Shown here one piece after another: positions 40,701-56,400 of a DNA stretch of 64,000 nucleotides. Each line of letters begins with the position of its first letter. Position 1 is the first letter of the stretch. The position numbers and the translations under genes are program-made. Origin of the DNA: Eledone cirrhosa (Eukaryota); assembly GCA_964016885.1 (NCBI GenBank), contig OZ024744.1:21824001-21888000 (forward strand). Reading direction: 5' to 3'. The notes beneath the pieces are model-generated. The model worked only from the letters and a program-made list of their open reading frames with translations. It ran no database searches and had not been told where the DNA came from.

Positions 40701-43700
40701 ACAGCTATGACATATTCAGACAGTTAGAAGAGGTGACAGCCACAATAGCTATGACGTCTTCAGACAGATATAAGATGTGCCAGCCACAACAGCTATGACA
40801 TATTCAGACAGAAGAGGTGACAGGCACAACAGCTATGACATCTACAGACAGAAGAGGTGACAGCCACAACAGCTATGACATCTTCAGACAGTTAGAAGAG
40901 GTGACAGCAACAACAGCTATGACATCTTCAGACAGTTAGAAGAGGTGACAGGCACAACAGCTATGACATCTTTAGACAGTTGTAAGATGTGACAGCCACA
41001 ACAGCTATGACATATTCAGACAGAAGATGTGACAGGCACAACAGCTGTGACATCTACAGACAGAAGAGGTGACAGCCACAACAGCTATGACATCTTCAGA
41101 GAGTTAGAAGAGGTGACAGCCACAACAGCTATGACATCTTCAGACAGTTAGAAGAGGTGACAGGCACAACAGCTATGACATCTTCAGAGAGTTAGAAGAG
41201 GTGACAGCCACAACAGCTATGACATCTTCAGACAGTTAGAAGAGGTGACAGGCACAACAGCTATGACATCTTCATACAGTTAGAAGAGGTGACAGGCACA
41301 ACAGCTATGACATCTTCAGACAGTTAGAAGAGGTGACAGCAACAACAGTTATGACATCTTCAGACAGTTAGAAGAGGTGACAGCCACAACAGCTATGACA
41401 TCTTCAGACAGTTAGAAGAGGTGACAGGAACAACAGCTATGACGTCTTCAGGCAGTTAGAAGAGGTGACAGGCACAACAGCTATGTCATCTTCAGACAGT
41501 TAGAAGAGGTGACAGCAACAACAGCTATGACATCTTTAGACAGTTAGAAGCGGTGACAGCCACAACAGCTATGACATATTCAGACAGTTAGAAGAGGTGA
41601 CGGCAACAACAGCTATGAGGTCTTCAGACTGAAGAGGTGACAGCCACAAGAGCTATGACATCTTCAGACAAAAGAGGTGACAGGCACAACAGCTATGAGA
41701 TCTTCAGACAGAAGAGGTGACAGCCACAACAGCTATGACATCTTCAGACAGAAGAGGTGACAGGCATAACAGCTATGACATCTTCAGACAGTTTTAAGTT
41801 GTGACAGCCACAACAGCTATGACATATTCAGACAGAAGAGGTGACAGGCACAACAGCTATGACATCTACAGACAGAAGAGGTGACAGCCACAACAGCTAT
41901 GACATCTTCAGACAGTTAGAAGAGGTGACAGCAACAACAGCTATGACATCTTCAGACAGTTAGAAGAGGTGACAGGAACAACAGCTATGACATCTTCAGA
42001 CAGTTAGAAGAGGTGACAGGCACAACAGCTATGACATCTTCAGACAGTTAGAAGAGGTGACAAGCACAATAGCTATGACATCTTCAGACAGTTAGAAGAG
42101 GTGACAGCAACAACAGTTATGACATCTTCAGACAGTTAGAAGAGGTGACAGCCACAACAGCTATGACATCTTCAGAAGTTAGAAGAGGTAACAGGCATAA
42201 CAGCTATGACATCTTCAGACAGTTAGAAGAGGTGACAGCAACAACAGCTCTGACATCTTCAGACAGAAGAGGTGACAGCCACAACAACTATGACATCTTT
42301 AGACAGTTAGAAGAGCTGACAGGCACAACAGCTATGACATCTTTAGACAGTTAGAAGAGGTGACAGCCACAACAGCTATGACATATTCAGACAGTTAGAA
42401 GAGGTGACAGGCACAACAGCTATGACATCTTCCGACAGAAGAGGTGACAGGCACAACAGCTATGACATCTACAGACAGAAGAGGTGACAGCCACAACAGC
42501 TATGACATATTCAGACAGAAGAGGTGACAGGCACAACAGCTATGACATCTTCAGACAGTTAGCAGAGGTAACAGCAACAACGGCTATGACAACCTCAGAC
42601 AGTTAGAAGAGGTGACAGGCACAACAGCTATGACATCTTTAGACAGTTAGAAGAGGTGACAGCCACCACAGCTATGAGATATTCAGACAGTTAGAAGAGG
42701 TGACAGGCACAACAGCTATGACATCTTCAGACAGTTAGAAGAGGTGACAGCCGCAACAGCTATGACATCTTTAGACAGTTAGAAGAGGTTACAGGAACAA
42801 CAGCTATGACATCTTCAGAAAGAAGAGGTGACAGGCACAACAGCTATGACATCTACAGACAGAAGAGGTGACAGCCACAACAGCTATGGCATATTCAGAC
42901 AGTTAGAAGAGGTGACAGCCACAACTGCTATGACATCTTCAGACAGTTATAAGATGTGACAGCCACAACAGCTATGTCATATTCAGACAGAAGAGGTGAG
43001 AGGCACATCAGCTATGACATCTACAAGCAGAAGAGGTGACAGCCACAACAGCTATGACATCTTCAGACAATTAGAAGAGGTGACAGCAACAACAGCTATG
43101 ACATCTTCAGACAGTTAGAAGAGGTGACAGCCACAACAGCTATGACGTCTTTAGACAGTTAGAAGAGGTGACAGTAACAACAGCTATGACATCTTCAGAA
43201 GTTAGAAGAGGTAACAGGCACAACAGCTATGACATCTTCAGACAGTTAGAAGAGGTGACAGCAACAACAGCTATGACATCTTCAGACAGAAGAGGTGACA
43301 GCCACAACAACTATGACATCTTCAGACAGTTAGAAGAGCTGACAGGCACAACAGCTATGACATCTTTAGACAGTTAGAAGAGGTGACAGCCACAACAGCT
43401 ATGACATATTCAGACAGTTAGAAGAGGTGACAGGCACAACAGCTATGACATCTTCAGACAGTTAGAAGAGGTGACGGCAACAACAGCTATGAGATCTTCA
43501 GACAGAAGAGGTGACAGCCACAACAGCTATGACATCTTCAGAGAGAAGAGGTGACAGGCACAACAGCTATGACATCTACAGACAGAAGAGGTGACAGCCA
43601 CAACAGCGATGACATATTCAGACAGTTAGAAGAGGTGACAGCCACAACAGCTATGACATATTCAGACAGAAGAGGTGACATGCACAACAGCTATGACATC

Positions 43701-46700
43701 TTCAGACAGTTAGAAGAGGTAACAGCAACAACAGCTATGACATCTTCAGACAGTTAGAAGAGGTGACAGGCACAACAGCTATGACATCTTTAGACAGTTG
43801 GAAGAGGTGACAGCCACAACAGCTATGACATCTTCAGACAGTTAGAAGAGGTGACAGACACAACAGCTATGACATCTTCAGACAGTTAGAAGTGGTGACG
43901 GCAACCACAGCTATGAGATCTTCAGACTGAAGAGGTGGCAGCCACAACAGCTATGACATCTTCAGACAAAAGAGGTGACAGGCACAACAGCTATGAGATC
44001 TTCAGACAGAAGAGGTGACAGCCACAACAGCTATGACATCTTCAGACAGAAGAGGTGACAGGCACAACAGCTATGACATATTCAGACAGTTAGAAGAGGT
44101 AACAGCAACAACAGCTATGACATCTTCAGACAGTTAGAAGAGGTGACAGGCACAACAGCTATGACATCTTTAGACAGTTGGAAGAGGTGACAGCCACAAC
44201 AGCTATGACGTCTCCAGACAGTTAGAAGAGGTGACAGCCACAACAGCTATGACATCTTCAGACAGAAGAGGTGACAGGCACAACAACTATGACATCTTCA
44301 GACAGAAGAGGTGACAGGCACAACAGCTATGACATCTTCAGACAGTTAGAAGAGGTAACAGCAACAACAGCTATGACATCTTCAGACAGTTATAAGAGGT
44401 GACAGGCACAACAGCTGTGACATCTGTAGACAGTTGGAAGAGGTGACAGCCACAACAGCTATGACATCTTCAGACAGTTAGAAGAGGTGACAGACACAAC
44501 AGCTATAACATCTTTAGACAGTTAGAAGAGGTGACAGCCACAACAGCTATGACATCTTCAGACAGTTAGAAGAGGTGACAGCCACAACAGCTATGACATC
44601 TTCAGACAGTTAGAAGAGGTGACAGGAACAACAGCTATGACGTCTTCAGACAGTTAGAAGAGGTGACAGGCACAACAGCTATGTCATCTTCAGACAGTTA
44701 GAAGAGGTGACAGCAACAACAGCTATGACATCTTTAGACAGTTAGAAGCGGTGACAGCCACAACAGCTATGACATATTCAGACAGTTAGAAGAGGTGACG
44801 GCAACAACAGCTATGAGATCTTCAGACTGAAGAGGTGACAGCCACAACAGCTATGACATCTTCAGACAAAAGAGCTGACAGGCACAACAGCTATGTGATC
44901 TTCAGACAGAAGAGGTGACAGCCACAACTGCTATGACATCTTCAGACAGAAGAGGTGACAGGCACAACAGCTATGACATCTTCAGACAGTTAGAATGGGG
45001 TGACAGCCTCAACAGCTATGACATCTTTAGACAGTTAGAAGAGGTGACAGCCACAACAGCTATGACATCTTCAGACAGTTAGAAGAGGTGACAGCCACAA
45101 CAGCTATGACATATTTAGACAGTTAGAAGATGTGTCAGGAACAACAGCTATGACATCTTCAGACAGTTAGAAGAGGTGACAGGCACAACAGCTATGACAT
45201 CTTCAGACAGGTAGAAGAGGTGACAGCAACAACAGCTATGACATCTTCAGACAGAAGAGGTGACAGCCACAACAGCTATGACATCTTTAGACAGTTAGAA
45301 GAGGTGACAGCCACGACAGCTATGAGATATTCAGACAGTTAGAAGAGGTGACAGGCACAACAGCTATGACATCTTCAGACAGTTAGAAGAGGTGACAGCC
45401 ACAACAGCTATGACATATTTAGACAGTTAGAAGAGGTGACAGGAAGAACAGCTATGACATCTTCAGACAGTTAGAAGAGGTGACAGCCACAACAGCTATG
45501 ACGTCTTTAGACAGTTAGAAGAGGTGACAGTAACAACAGCTATGACATCTTCAGAAGTTAGAAGAGGTAACAGGCACAACAGCTATGACATCTTCAGACA
45601 GTTAGAAGAGGTGACAGCAACAACAGCTATGACATCCTCAGACAGAAGAGGTGACAGCCACAACAACTATGACATATTCAGACAGTTAGAAGAGCTGACA
45701 GGCACAACAGCTATGACATCTTTAGACAGTTAGAAGAGGTGACAGCCACAACAGCTATGACATATTCAGACAGTTAGAAGAGGTGACAGGCACAACAGCT
45801 ATGACATCTTCAGACAGTTAGAAGAGGTGACGGCAACAACAGCTATGTGATCTTCCGACAGAAGAGGTGACAGCCACAACAGCTATGACATCTTCAGAGA
45901 GAAGAGGTGACAGGCACAACAGCTATGACATCTACAGACAGAAGAGGTGACAGCCACAACAGCTATGACATATTCAGACAGAAGAGGTGACAGGCACAAC
46001 AGCTATGACATCTTCAGACAGTTAGAAGACGTAACAGCAACAACAGCTATGACATCTCCAGACAGTTAGAAGAGGTGACAGGCACAACAGCTATGACATC
46101 TTTAGACAGTTGGAAGAGGTGACAGCCACAACAGCTATGACATCTTCAGACAGTTAGAAGAGGTGACAGCCACAACAGCTATGACATCTTCAGACAGTTA
46201 GACGAGGTGACAGGAACAACAGCTATGACGTCTTCAGGCAGTTAGAAGAGGTGACAGGCACAACAGCTATGTCATCTTCAGACAGTTAGAAGAGGTGACA
46301 GCAACAACAGCTATGACATCTTTAGACAGTTAGAAGCAGTGACAGCCACAACAGCTATGACATATTCAGACAGTTAGAAGAGGTGACGGCAACAACAGCT
46401 ATGAGATCTTCAGACTGAAGAGGTGACAGCCACAAGAGCTATGACATCTTCAGACAAAAGAGGTGACAGGCACAACAGCTATGAGATCTTCAGACAGAAG
46501 AGGTGACAGCCACAACAGCTATGACATCTTCAGACAGAAGAGGTGACAGGCACAACAGCTATGACATATTCAGACAGTTAGAAGAGGTGACAGCCACAAT
46601 AGCTATGACGTCTTCAGACAGATATAAGATGTGCCAGCCACAACAGCTATGACATATTCAGACAGAAGAGGTGACAGGCACAACAGCTATGACATCTACA

Positions 46701-49700
46701 GACAGAAGAGGTGACAGCCACAACAGCTATGACATCTTCAGACAGTTAGAAGAGGTGACAGCAACAACAGCTATGACATCTTCAGACAGTTAGAAGAGGT
46801 GACAGGCACAACAGCTATGACATCTTTAGACAGTTGTAAGATGTGACAGCCACAACAGCTATGACATATTCAGACAGAAGAGGTGACAGGCACAACAGCT
46901 ATGACATCTACAGACAGAAGAGGTGACAGCCACAACAGCTATGATATCTTCAGACAGTTAGAAGAGGTGACAGGAACAACATCTATGACGTCTTCAGGCA
47001 GTTAGAAGAGGTGACAGGCACAACAGCTATGACATCTTCAGAGAGTTAGAAGAGGTGACAGGCACAACAGCTATGACATCTTTAGACAGTTAGAAGAGGT
47101 GACAGCCACAACAGCTATGACATATTCAGACAGTTAGAAGAGGTGACAGCCACAACAGCTATGACATCTTCAGACAGTTAGAAGAGGTGACAGGCACAAC
47201 AGCTATGACATCTTCAGACAGTTAGAAGAGGTGACAGGCACAACAGCTATGACATCTTCAGACAGTTAGAAAAGGTGACAGCAACAACAGTTATGACATC
47301 TTCAGACAGTTAGAAGAGGTGACAGCCACAACAGCTATGACATCTTCAGACAGTTAGAAGAGGTGACAGGAACAACAGCTATGACGTCGTCAGGCAGTTA
47401 GAGGAGGTGACAGGCACAACAGCTATGTCATCTTCAGACAGTTAGAAGAGGTGACAGCAACAACAGCTATGACATCTTTAGACAGTTAGAAGCGGTGACA
47501 GCCACAACAGCTATGACATATTCAGACAGTTAGAAGAGGTGACGGCAACAACAGCTATGAGGTCTTCAGACTGAAGAGGTGACAGCCACAAGAGCTATGA
47601 CATCTTCAGACAAAAGAGGTGACAGGCACAACAGCTATGAGATCTTCAGACAGAAGAGGTGACAGCCACAACAGCTATGACATCTTCAGACAGAAGAGGT
47701 GACAGGCATAACAGCTATGACATATTCAGACAGTTAGAAGAGGTGACAGCCACATTAGCTATGACATCTTCAGGCAGTTATAAGATGTGACAGCCACAAC
47801 AGCTATGACATATTCAGACAGAAGAGGTGACAGGCACAACAGCTATGACATCTACAGACAGAAGAGGTGACAGCCACAACAGCTATGACATCTTCAGACA
47901 GTTAGAAGAGGTGACAGCAACAACAGCTATGACTTCTTCAGACAGTTAGAAGAGGTGACAGGAACAACAGCTATGACATCTTCAGACAGTTAGAAGAGGT
48001 GACAGGCACAACAGCTATGACATCTTCAGACAGTTAGAAGAGGTGACAGGCACAACAGCTATGACATCTTCAGACAGTTAGAAGAGGTGACAGCAACAAC
48101 AGTTATGACATCTTCAGACAGTTAGAAGAGGTGACAGCCACAACAGCTATGACGTCTTTAGACAGTTAGAAGAGGTGACAGTAACAACAGCTATGACATC
48201 TTCAGAAGTTAGAAGATGTGACAGCAACAACAGCTCTGACATCTTCAGACAGAAGAGGTGACAGCCACAACAACTATGACATCTTTAGACAGTTAGAAGA
48301 GCTGACAGGCACAACAGCTATGACATCTTTAGACAGTTAGAAGAGGTGACAGCCACAACAGCTATGACATATTCAGACAGTTAGAAGAGGTGACGGCAAC
48401 AACAGCTATGAGATCTTCAGACAGAAGAGGTGACAGCCACAACAGCTATGACATCTTCAGCGAGAAGAGGTGACAGGCACAACAGCTATGACATCTACAG
48501 ACAGAAGAGGTGACAGCCACAACAGCTATGACATATTCAGACAGAAGAGGTGACAGGCACAACAGCTATGACATCTACAGACAGAAGAGGTGACAGCCAC
48601 AACAGCTATGACATATTCAGACAGAAGAAGTGACAGCCACAACAGCTATGACATCTTCAGACAGTTAGAAGAGGTGACAGGCACAACAGCTATGACATCT
48701 TCAGACAGTTAGAAGAGGTGACAGGCACAACAGCTATGACATCTTTAGACAGTTGGAAGAGGTGACAGCCACAACAGCTATGACATCTTCAGACAGTTAG
48801 AAGAGGTGACAGCCACAGCAGCTATGACATCTTCAGACAGTTAGAAGAGGTGAGAGGAACAACAGCTATGACGTCTTCAGACAGTTAGAAGAGGTGACAG
48901 CCACAACAGCTATGACATATTCAGACAGAAGAAGTGACAGCCACAACAGCTATGACATCTTCAGACAGTTAGAAGAGGTGACAGGCACAACAGCTATGAC
49001 ATCTTCAGACAGTTAGAAGAGGTGACAGCCACAACAGCTATGACATCTTCAGACAGTTAGAAGAGGTGACAGCCACAGCAGCTATGACATCTTCAGACAG
49101 TTAGAAGAGGTGAGAGGAACAACAGCTATGACATCTTCAGACAGTTAGAAGAGGTGACGGCAACAACAGCTATGAGATCTTCAGACTGAAGAGGTGACAG
49201 CCACAACAGCTATGACATCTTCAGACAAAAGATCTGACAGGCACAACAGCTATGTGATCTTCAGACAGAAGAGGTGACAGCCACAACTGCTATGACATCT
49301 TCAGACAGAAGAGGTGACAGGCACAACAGCTATGACATCTTCAGACAGTTAGAAGAGGTGACAGCCACAACAGCTATGACGTCTTTAGACAGTTAGAAGA
49401 GGTGACAGTAACAACAGCTATGACATCTTCAGAAGTTAGAAGAGGTAACAGGCACAACAGCTATGACATCTTCAGACAGTTAGAAGAGGTGACAGCATCA
49501 ACAGCTATGACATCCTCAGACAGAAGAGGTGCCAGCCACAACAACTATGATATCTTCAGACAGTTAGAAGAGGTGACGGCAACAGCAGCTATGAGATCTT
49601 CCGACAGAAGAGGTGACAGGCACAACAGCTATGACATCTTCAGACAGTTAGAAGGGGGTGACAGCCTCGACAGCTATGACATCTTTAGACAGTTAGAAGA

Positions 49701-52700
49701 GGTGACAGTCACAACAGCTATGACATCTTCAGACAGTTAGAAGAGGTGACAGCCACAACAGCTATGACATATTTAGACAGTTAGAAGATGTGAGCGGAAC
49801 AACAGCTATGACGTCTTCAGACAGTTAGAAGAGGTGACAGGCACAACAGCTATGACATCTTCAGACAGGTACAAGAGGTGACAGCAACAACAGCTATGAC
49901 ATCTTCAGACAGAAGAGGTGACAGCCACAACAGCTATGACATCTTTAGACAGTTAGAAGAGGTGACAGCCACGACAGCTATGAGATATTCAGACAGTTAG
50001 AAGAGGTGACAGGCACAACAGCTATGACATCTTCAGACAGTTAGAAGAGGTGACAGCCACAACAGCTATGACATATTTAGACAGTTAGAAGAGGTGACAG
50101 GAAGAACAGCTATGACATCTTCAGACAGTTAGAAGAGGTGACAGGCACAACAGCTATGACATCTTCAGACAGTTAGAAGAGGTGACAGCAACAACAGTTA
50201 TGACATCTTCAGACAGTTAGAAGAGGTGACAGCCACAACAGCTATGACGTCTTTAGACAGTTAGAAGAGGTGACAGTAACAACAGCTATGACATCTTCAG
50301 AAGTTAGAAGAGGTAACAGGCACAACAGCTATGACATCTTCAGACAGTTAGAAGAGGTGACAGCAACAACAGCTATGACATCCTCAGACAGAAGAGGTGA
50401 CAGCCACAACAACTATATCTTCAGACAGTTAGAAGAGGTGACGGCAACAGCAGCTATGAGATCTTCCGACAGAAGAGGTGACAGCCACAACAGCTATGAC
50501 ATCTTCAGAGAGAAGAAGTGACAGGCACAACAGCTATGACATCTACAGACAGAAGAGGTGACAGCCACAACAGCTATGACATATTCAGACAGTTAGAAGA
50601 GGTAACAGCAACAACAGCTATGACATCTTCAGACAGTTAGAAGAGGTGACAGGCACAACAGCTGTGACATCTTTAGACAGTTAGAAGAGTTGACAGCCAC
50701 CACAGCTATGAGATATTCAGACAGTTAGAAGAGGTGACAGGCACAACAGCTATGACATCTTCAGACAGTTAGAAGAGGAGACAGCCGCAACAGCTATGAC
50801 ATCTTTAGACAGTTAGAAGAGGTTACAGGAACAACAGCTATGACATCTTCAGAAAGAAGAGGTGAGAGGCACAACAGCTATGACATCTACAGACAGAAGA
50901 GGTGACAGCCACAACAGCTATGGCATATTCAGACAGTTAGAAAAGGTGACAGCCACAACAGCTATGACATCTTCAGACAGTTATAAGATGTGACAGCCAC
51001 AACAGCTATGACATATTCAGACAGAAGAGGTGACAGGCACATCAGCTATGACATCTACAGACAGAAGAGGTGACAGCCACAACAGCTATGACATCTTCAG
51101 ACAATTAGAAGAGGTGACAGCAACAACAGCTATGACATCTTCAGACAGTTAGAAGAGGTGACAGCCACAACAGCTATGACGTCTTTAGACAGTTAGAAGA
51201 GGTGACAGTAACAACAGCTATGACATCTTCAGAAGTTAGAAGAGGTAACAGGCACAACAGCTATGACATCTTCAGACAGTTAGAAGAGGTGACAGCAACA
51301 ACAGCTATGACATCTTCAGACAGAAGAGGTGACAGCCACAACAACTATGACATCTTCAGACAGTTAGAAGAGCTGACAGGCACAACAGCTATGACATCTT
51401 TAGACAGTTAGAAGAGGTGACAGCCACAACAGCTATGACATATTCAGACAGTTAGAAGAGGTGACAGGCACAACAGCTATGAGATCTTCAGACAGAAGAG
51501 GTGACAGCCACAACAGCTATGACATCTTCAGAGAGAAGAGGTGACAGGCACAACAGCTATGACATCTACAGACAGAAGAGGTGACAGCCACAACAGCTAT
51601 GACATATTCAGACAGAAGAGGTGACAGGCACAACAGCTATGACATCTTCAGACAGTTAGAAGAGGTGACAGCAACAACAGCTATGACATCTTCAGACAGT
51701 TAGAAGAGGTGACAGGCACAACAGCTATGACATCTTTAGACAGTTAGAAGAGGTGACATCCACCACAGCTATGAGATATTCAGACAGTTAGAAGAGGTGA
51801 CAGGCACAACAGCTATGACATCTTTAGACAGTTAGAAGAGGTTACAGGAACAACAGCTATGACATCTTCAGAAAGAAGAGGTGACAGGCACAGCAGCTAT
51901 GACATCTACAGACAGAAGAGGTGACAGCCACAACAGCTATGACATATTCAGACAGAAGAGGTGACAGGCACATCAGCTATGACATCTACAGACAGAAGAG
52001 GTGACAGCCACAACAGCTATGACATCTTCAGACAATTAGAAGAGGTGACAGCAACAACAGCTATGACATCTTCAGACAGTTAGAAGAGGTGACAGCCACA
52101 ACAGCTATGACGTCTTTAGACAGTTAGAAGAGGTGACAGTAACAACAGCTATGACATCTTCAGAAGTTAGAATAGGTGACAGCCACAACAGCTATGACAT
52201 ATTCAGACAGTTAGAAGAGGTGACAGGCACAACAGCTATGACATCTTCAGACAGTTAGAAGAGGTGACGGCAACAACAGCTATGAGATCTTCAGACAGAA
52301 GAGGTGACAGCCACAACAGCTATGACATCTTCAGAGAGAAGAGGTGACAGGCACAACAGCTATGACATCTACAGACAGAAGAGGTGACAGCCACAACAGC
52401 TATGACATATTCAGACAGAAGAGGTGACAGCCACAACAGCTATGACATCTTCAGACAGTTAGAAGAGGTGACAGGCACAACAGCTATGACATCTTTAGAC
52501 AGTTAGAAGAGGTGACAGCCACCACAGCTATGAGATATTCAGACAGTTAGAAGAGGTGACAGGCACAACAGCTATGACATCTTCAGACAGTTAGAAGAGG
52601 TGACAGCCACAACAGCTATGACATATTCAGACAGAAGAGGTGACATGCACAACAGCTATGACATCTTCAGACAGTTAGAAGAGGTAACAGCAACAACAGC

Positions 52701-53499
52701 TATGACATCTTCAGACAGTTAGAAGAGGTGACAGGCACAACAGCTATGACATCTTTAGACAGTTGGAAGAGGTGACAGCCACAACAGCTATGACATCTTC
52801 AGACAATTAGAAGAGGTGACAGCAACAACAGCTATGACATCTTCAGACAGTTAGAAGATGTGACAGCCACAACAGCTATGACGTCTTTAGACAGTTAGAA
52901 GAGGTGACAGTAACAACAGCTATGACATCTTCAGAAGTTAGAAGAGGTAACAGGCACAACAGCTATGACATCTTCAGACAGTTAGAAGAGGTGACAGCAA
53001 CAACAGCTATGACATCTTCAGACAGAAGAGGTGACAGCCACAACAACTATGACATCTTCAGACAGTTAGAAGAGCTGACTGGCACAACAGCTATGACATC
53101 TTTAGACAGTTAGAAGAGGTGACAGCCACAACAGCTATGACATATTCAGACAGTTAGAAGAGGTGACAGGCACAACAGCTATGACATCTTCAGACAGTTA
53201 GAAGAGGTGACGGCAACAACAGCTATGAGATCTTCAGACAGAAGAGGTGACAGCCACAACAGCTATGACATCTTCAGAGAGAAGAGGTGACAGGCACAAC
53301 AGCTATGACATCTACAGACAGAAGAGGTGACAGCCACAACAGCTATGACATATTCAGACAGAAGAGGTGACAGCCACAACAGCTATGACATCTTCAGACA
53401 GTTAGAAGAGGTGACAGGCACAACAGCTATGACATCTTTAGACAGTTAGAAGAGGTGACAGCCACCACAGCTATGAGATATTCAGACAGTTAGAAGAGG

Positions 53500-56400
53500 T
53501 GACAGGCACAACAGCTATGACATCTTCAGACAGTTAGAAGAGGTGACAGCCGCAACAACTATGACATCTTTAGACAGTTAGAAGAGGTTACAGGAACAAC
53601 AGCTATGACATCTTCAGAAAGAAGAGGTGACAGGCACAACAGCTATGACATCTACAGACAGAAGAGGTGACAGCCACAACAGCTATGGCATATTCAGACA
53701 GTTTGAAGAGGTGACAGCCACAACAGCTATGACATATTCAGACAGAAGAGGTGACAGGCACATCAGCTATGACATCTACAGACAGAAGAGGTGACAGCCA
53801 CAACAGCTATGACATCTTCAGACAATTAGAAGAGGTGACAGCAACAACAGCTATGACATCTTCAGACAGTTAGAAGAGGTGACAGCCACAACAACTATGA
53901 CGTCTTTAGACAGTTAGAAGAGGTGACAGTAACAACAGCTATGACATCTTCAGAAGTTAGAAGAGGTAACAGGCACAACAGCTATGACATCTTCAGACAG
54001 TTAGAAGAGGTGACAGCAACAACAGCTATGACATCTTCAGACAGAAGAGGTGACAGCTACAACAACTATGACATCTTCAGACAGTTAGAAGAGCTGACAG
54101 GCACAACAGCTATGACATCTTTAGACAGTTAGAAGAGGTGACAGCCACAACAGCTATGACATCTTCAGAGAGAAGAGGTGACAGGCACAACAGCTATGAC
54201 ATATTCAAACAGTTAGAAGAGGTGACAGCCACAACTGCTATGACATCTTCAGACAGTTATAATATGTGACAGCCACAACAGCTATGACATATTCAGACAG
54301 AAGAGGTGACATGCACAACAGCTATGACATCTTCAGACAGTTAGAAGAGGTAACAGCAACAACAGCTATGACATCTTCAGACAGTTAGAAGAGGTGACAG
54401 GCACAACAGCTATGTCATCTTCAGACAGTTAGAAGAGGTGACAGCCACAACAGCTATGTCATCTTCAGACAGTTAGAAGAGGTGACAGCAACAACAGCTA
54501 TGACATCTTTAGACAGTTAGAAGCGGTGACAGCCACAACAGCTATGACATATTCAGACAGTTAGAAGAGGTGACGGCAACCGCAGCTATGAGATCTTCAG
54601 ACTGAAGAGGTGGCAGCCACAACAGCTATGACATCTTCAGACAAAAGAGGTGACAGGCACAACAGCTATGAGATCTTCAGACAAAAGAGGTGACAGGCAC
54701 AACAGCTATGAGATCTTCAGACAGAAGAGGTGACAGCCACAACAGCTATGACATCTTCAGACAGAAGAGGTGACAGGCACAACAGCTATGACATATTCAG
54801 ACAGTTAGAAGAGGTAACAGCAACAACAGCTATGACATCTTCAGACAGTTAGAAGAGGTGACAGGCACAACAGCTATGACATCTTTAGACAGTTGGAAGA
54901 GGTGACAGCCACAACAGCTATGACATCTCCAGACAGTTAGAAGAGGTGACAGCCACAACAGCTATGACATATTCAGACAGAAGAGGTGACAGGCACAACA
55001 GCTATGACATCTTCAGACAGTTAGAAGAGGTAACAGCAACAACAGCTATGACATCTTCAGACAGTTAGAAGAGGTGACAGGCACAACAGCTGTGACATCT
55101 GTAGACAGTTGGAAGAGGTGACAGCCACAACAGCTATGACATCTTCAGACAGTTAGAAGAGGTGACAGCCACAACAGCTATGACATCTTCAGACAGTTAG
55201 AAGAGGTGACACGAACAACAGCTATGACGTCTTCAGACAGTTAGAAGAGGTGACAGGCACAACAGCTATGTCATCTTCAGACAGTTAGAAGAGGTGACAG
55301 CAACAACAGCTATGTCATCTTCAGACAGTTAGAAGAGGTGACAGCAACAACAGATATGACATCTTTAGACAGTTAGAAGCGGTGACAGCCACAACAGCTA
55401 TGACATATTCAGACAGTTAGAAGAGGTGACGGCAACAACAGCTATGAGATCTTCAGACTGAAGAGGTGACAGCCACAACAGCTATGACATCTTCAGACAA
55501 AAGAGCTGACAGGCACAACAGCTATGTGATCTTCAGACAGAAGAGGTGACAGCCACAACTGCTATGGCATCTTCAGACAGAAGAGGTGACAGGCACAACA
55601 GCTATGACATCTTCAGACAGTTAGAAGGGGGTGACAGCCTCAACAGCTATGACATCTTTAGACAGTTAGAAGAGGTGACAGCCACAACAGCTATGACATA
55701 TTTAGACAGTTAGAAGATTCGACAGCCACAACAGCTATGACATATTCAGACAGAAGAGGTGACTGGCACATCAGCTATGACATCTACAGACAGAAGAGGT
55801 GACAGCCACAACAGCTATGACATCTTCAGACAATTAGAAGAGGTGACAGCAACAACAGCTATGACATCTTCAGACAGTTAGAAGAGGTGACAGCCACAAC
55901 AGCTATGACGTCTTTAGACAGTTAGAATAGGTGACAGTAACAACAGCTATGACATCTTCAGAAGTTAGAAGAGGTAACAGGCACAACAGCTATGACATCT
56001 TCAGACAGTTAGAAGAGGTGACAGCAACAACAGCTATGACATCTTCAGACAGAAGAGGTGACAGCTACAACAACTATGACATCTTCAGACAGTTAGAAGA
56101 GCTGACAGGCACAACAGCTATGACATCTTTAGACAGTTGGAAGAGGTGACAGCCACAACAGCTATGACATCTCCAGACAGTTAGAAGAGGTGACAGCCAC
56201 AACAGCTATGACATATTCAGACAGAAGAGGTGACAGGCACAACAGCTATGACATCTTCAGACAGTTAGAAGAGGTAACAGCAACAACAGCTATGACATCT
56301 TCAGACAGTTAGAAGAGGTGACAGCCACAACAGCTATGTCATCTTCAGACAGTTAGAAGAGGTGACAGCCACAACAGCTATGACATCTTCAGACAGTTAG

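Noticed and set aside
49402-49740. Longest ORF (112 aa) with RGD-like motifs and Thr/Ser-rich, mucin-like composition
   Set aside because: It is a chance run of alternating 40/44 monomers. RGD is simply AGAGGTGAC of the monomer read in one frame.
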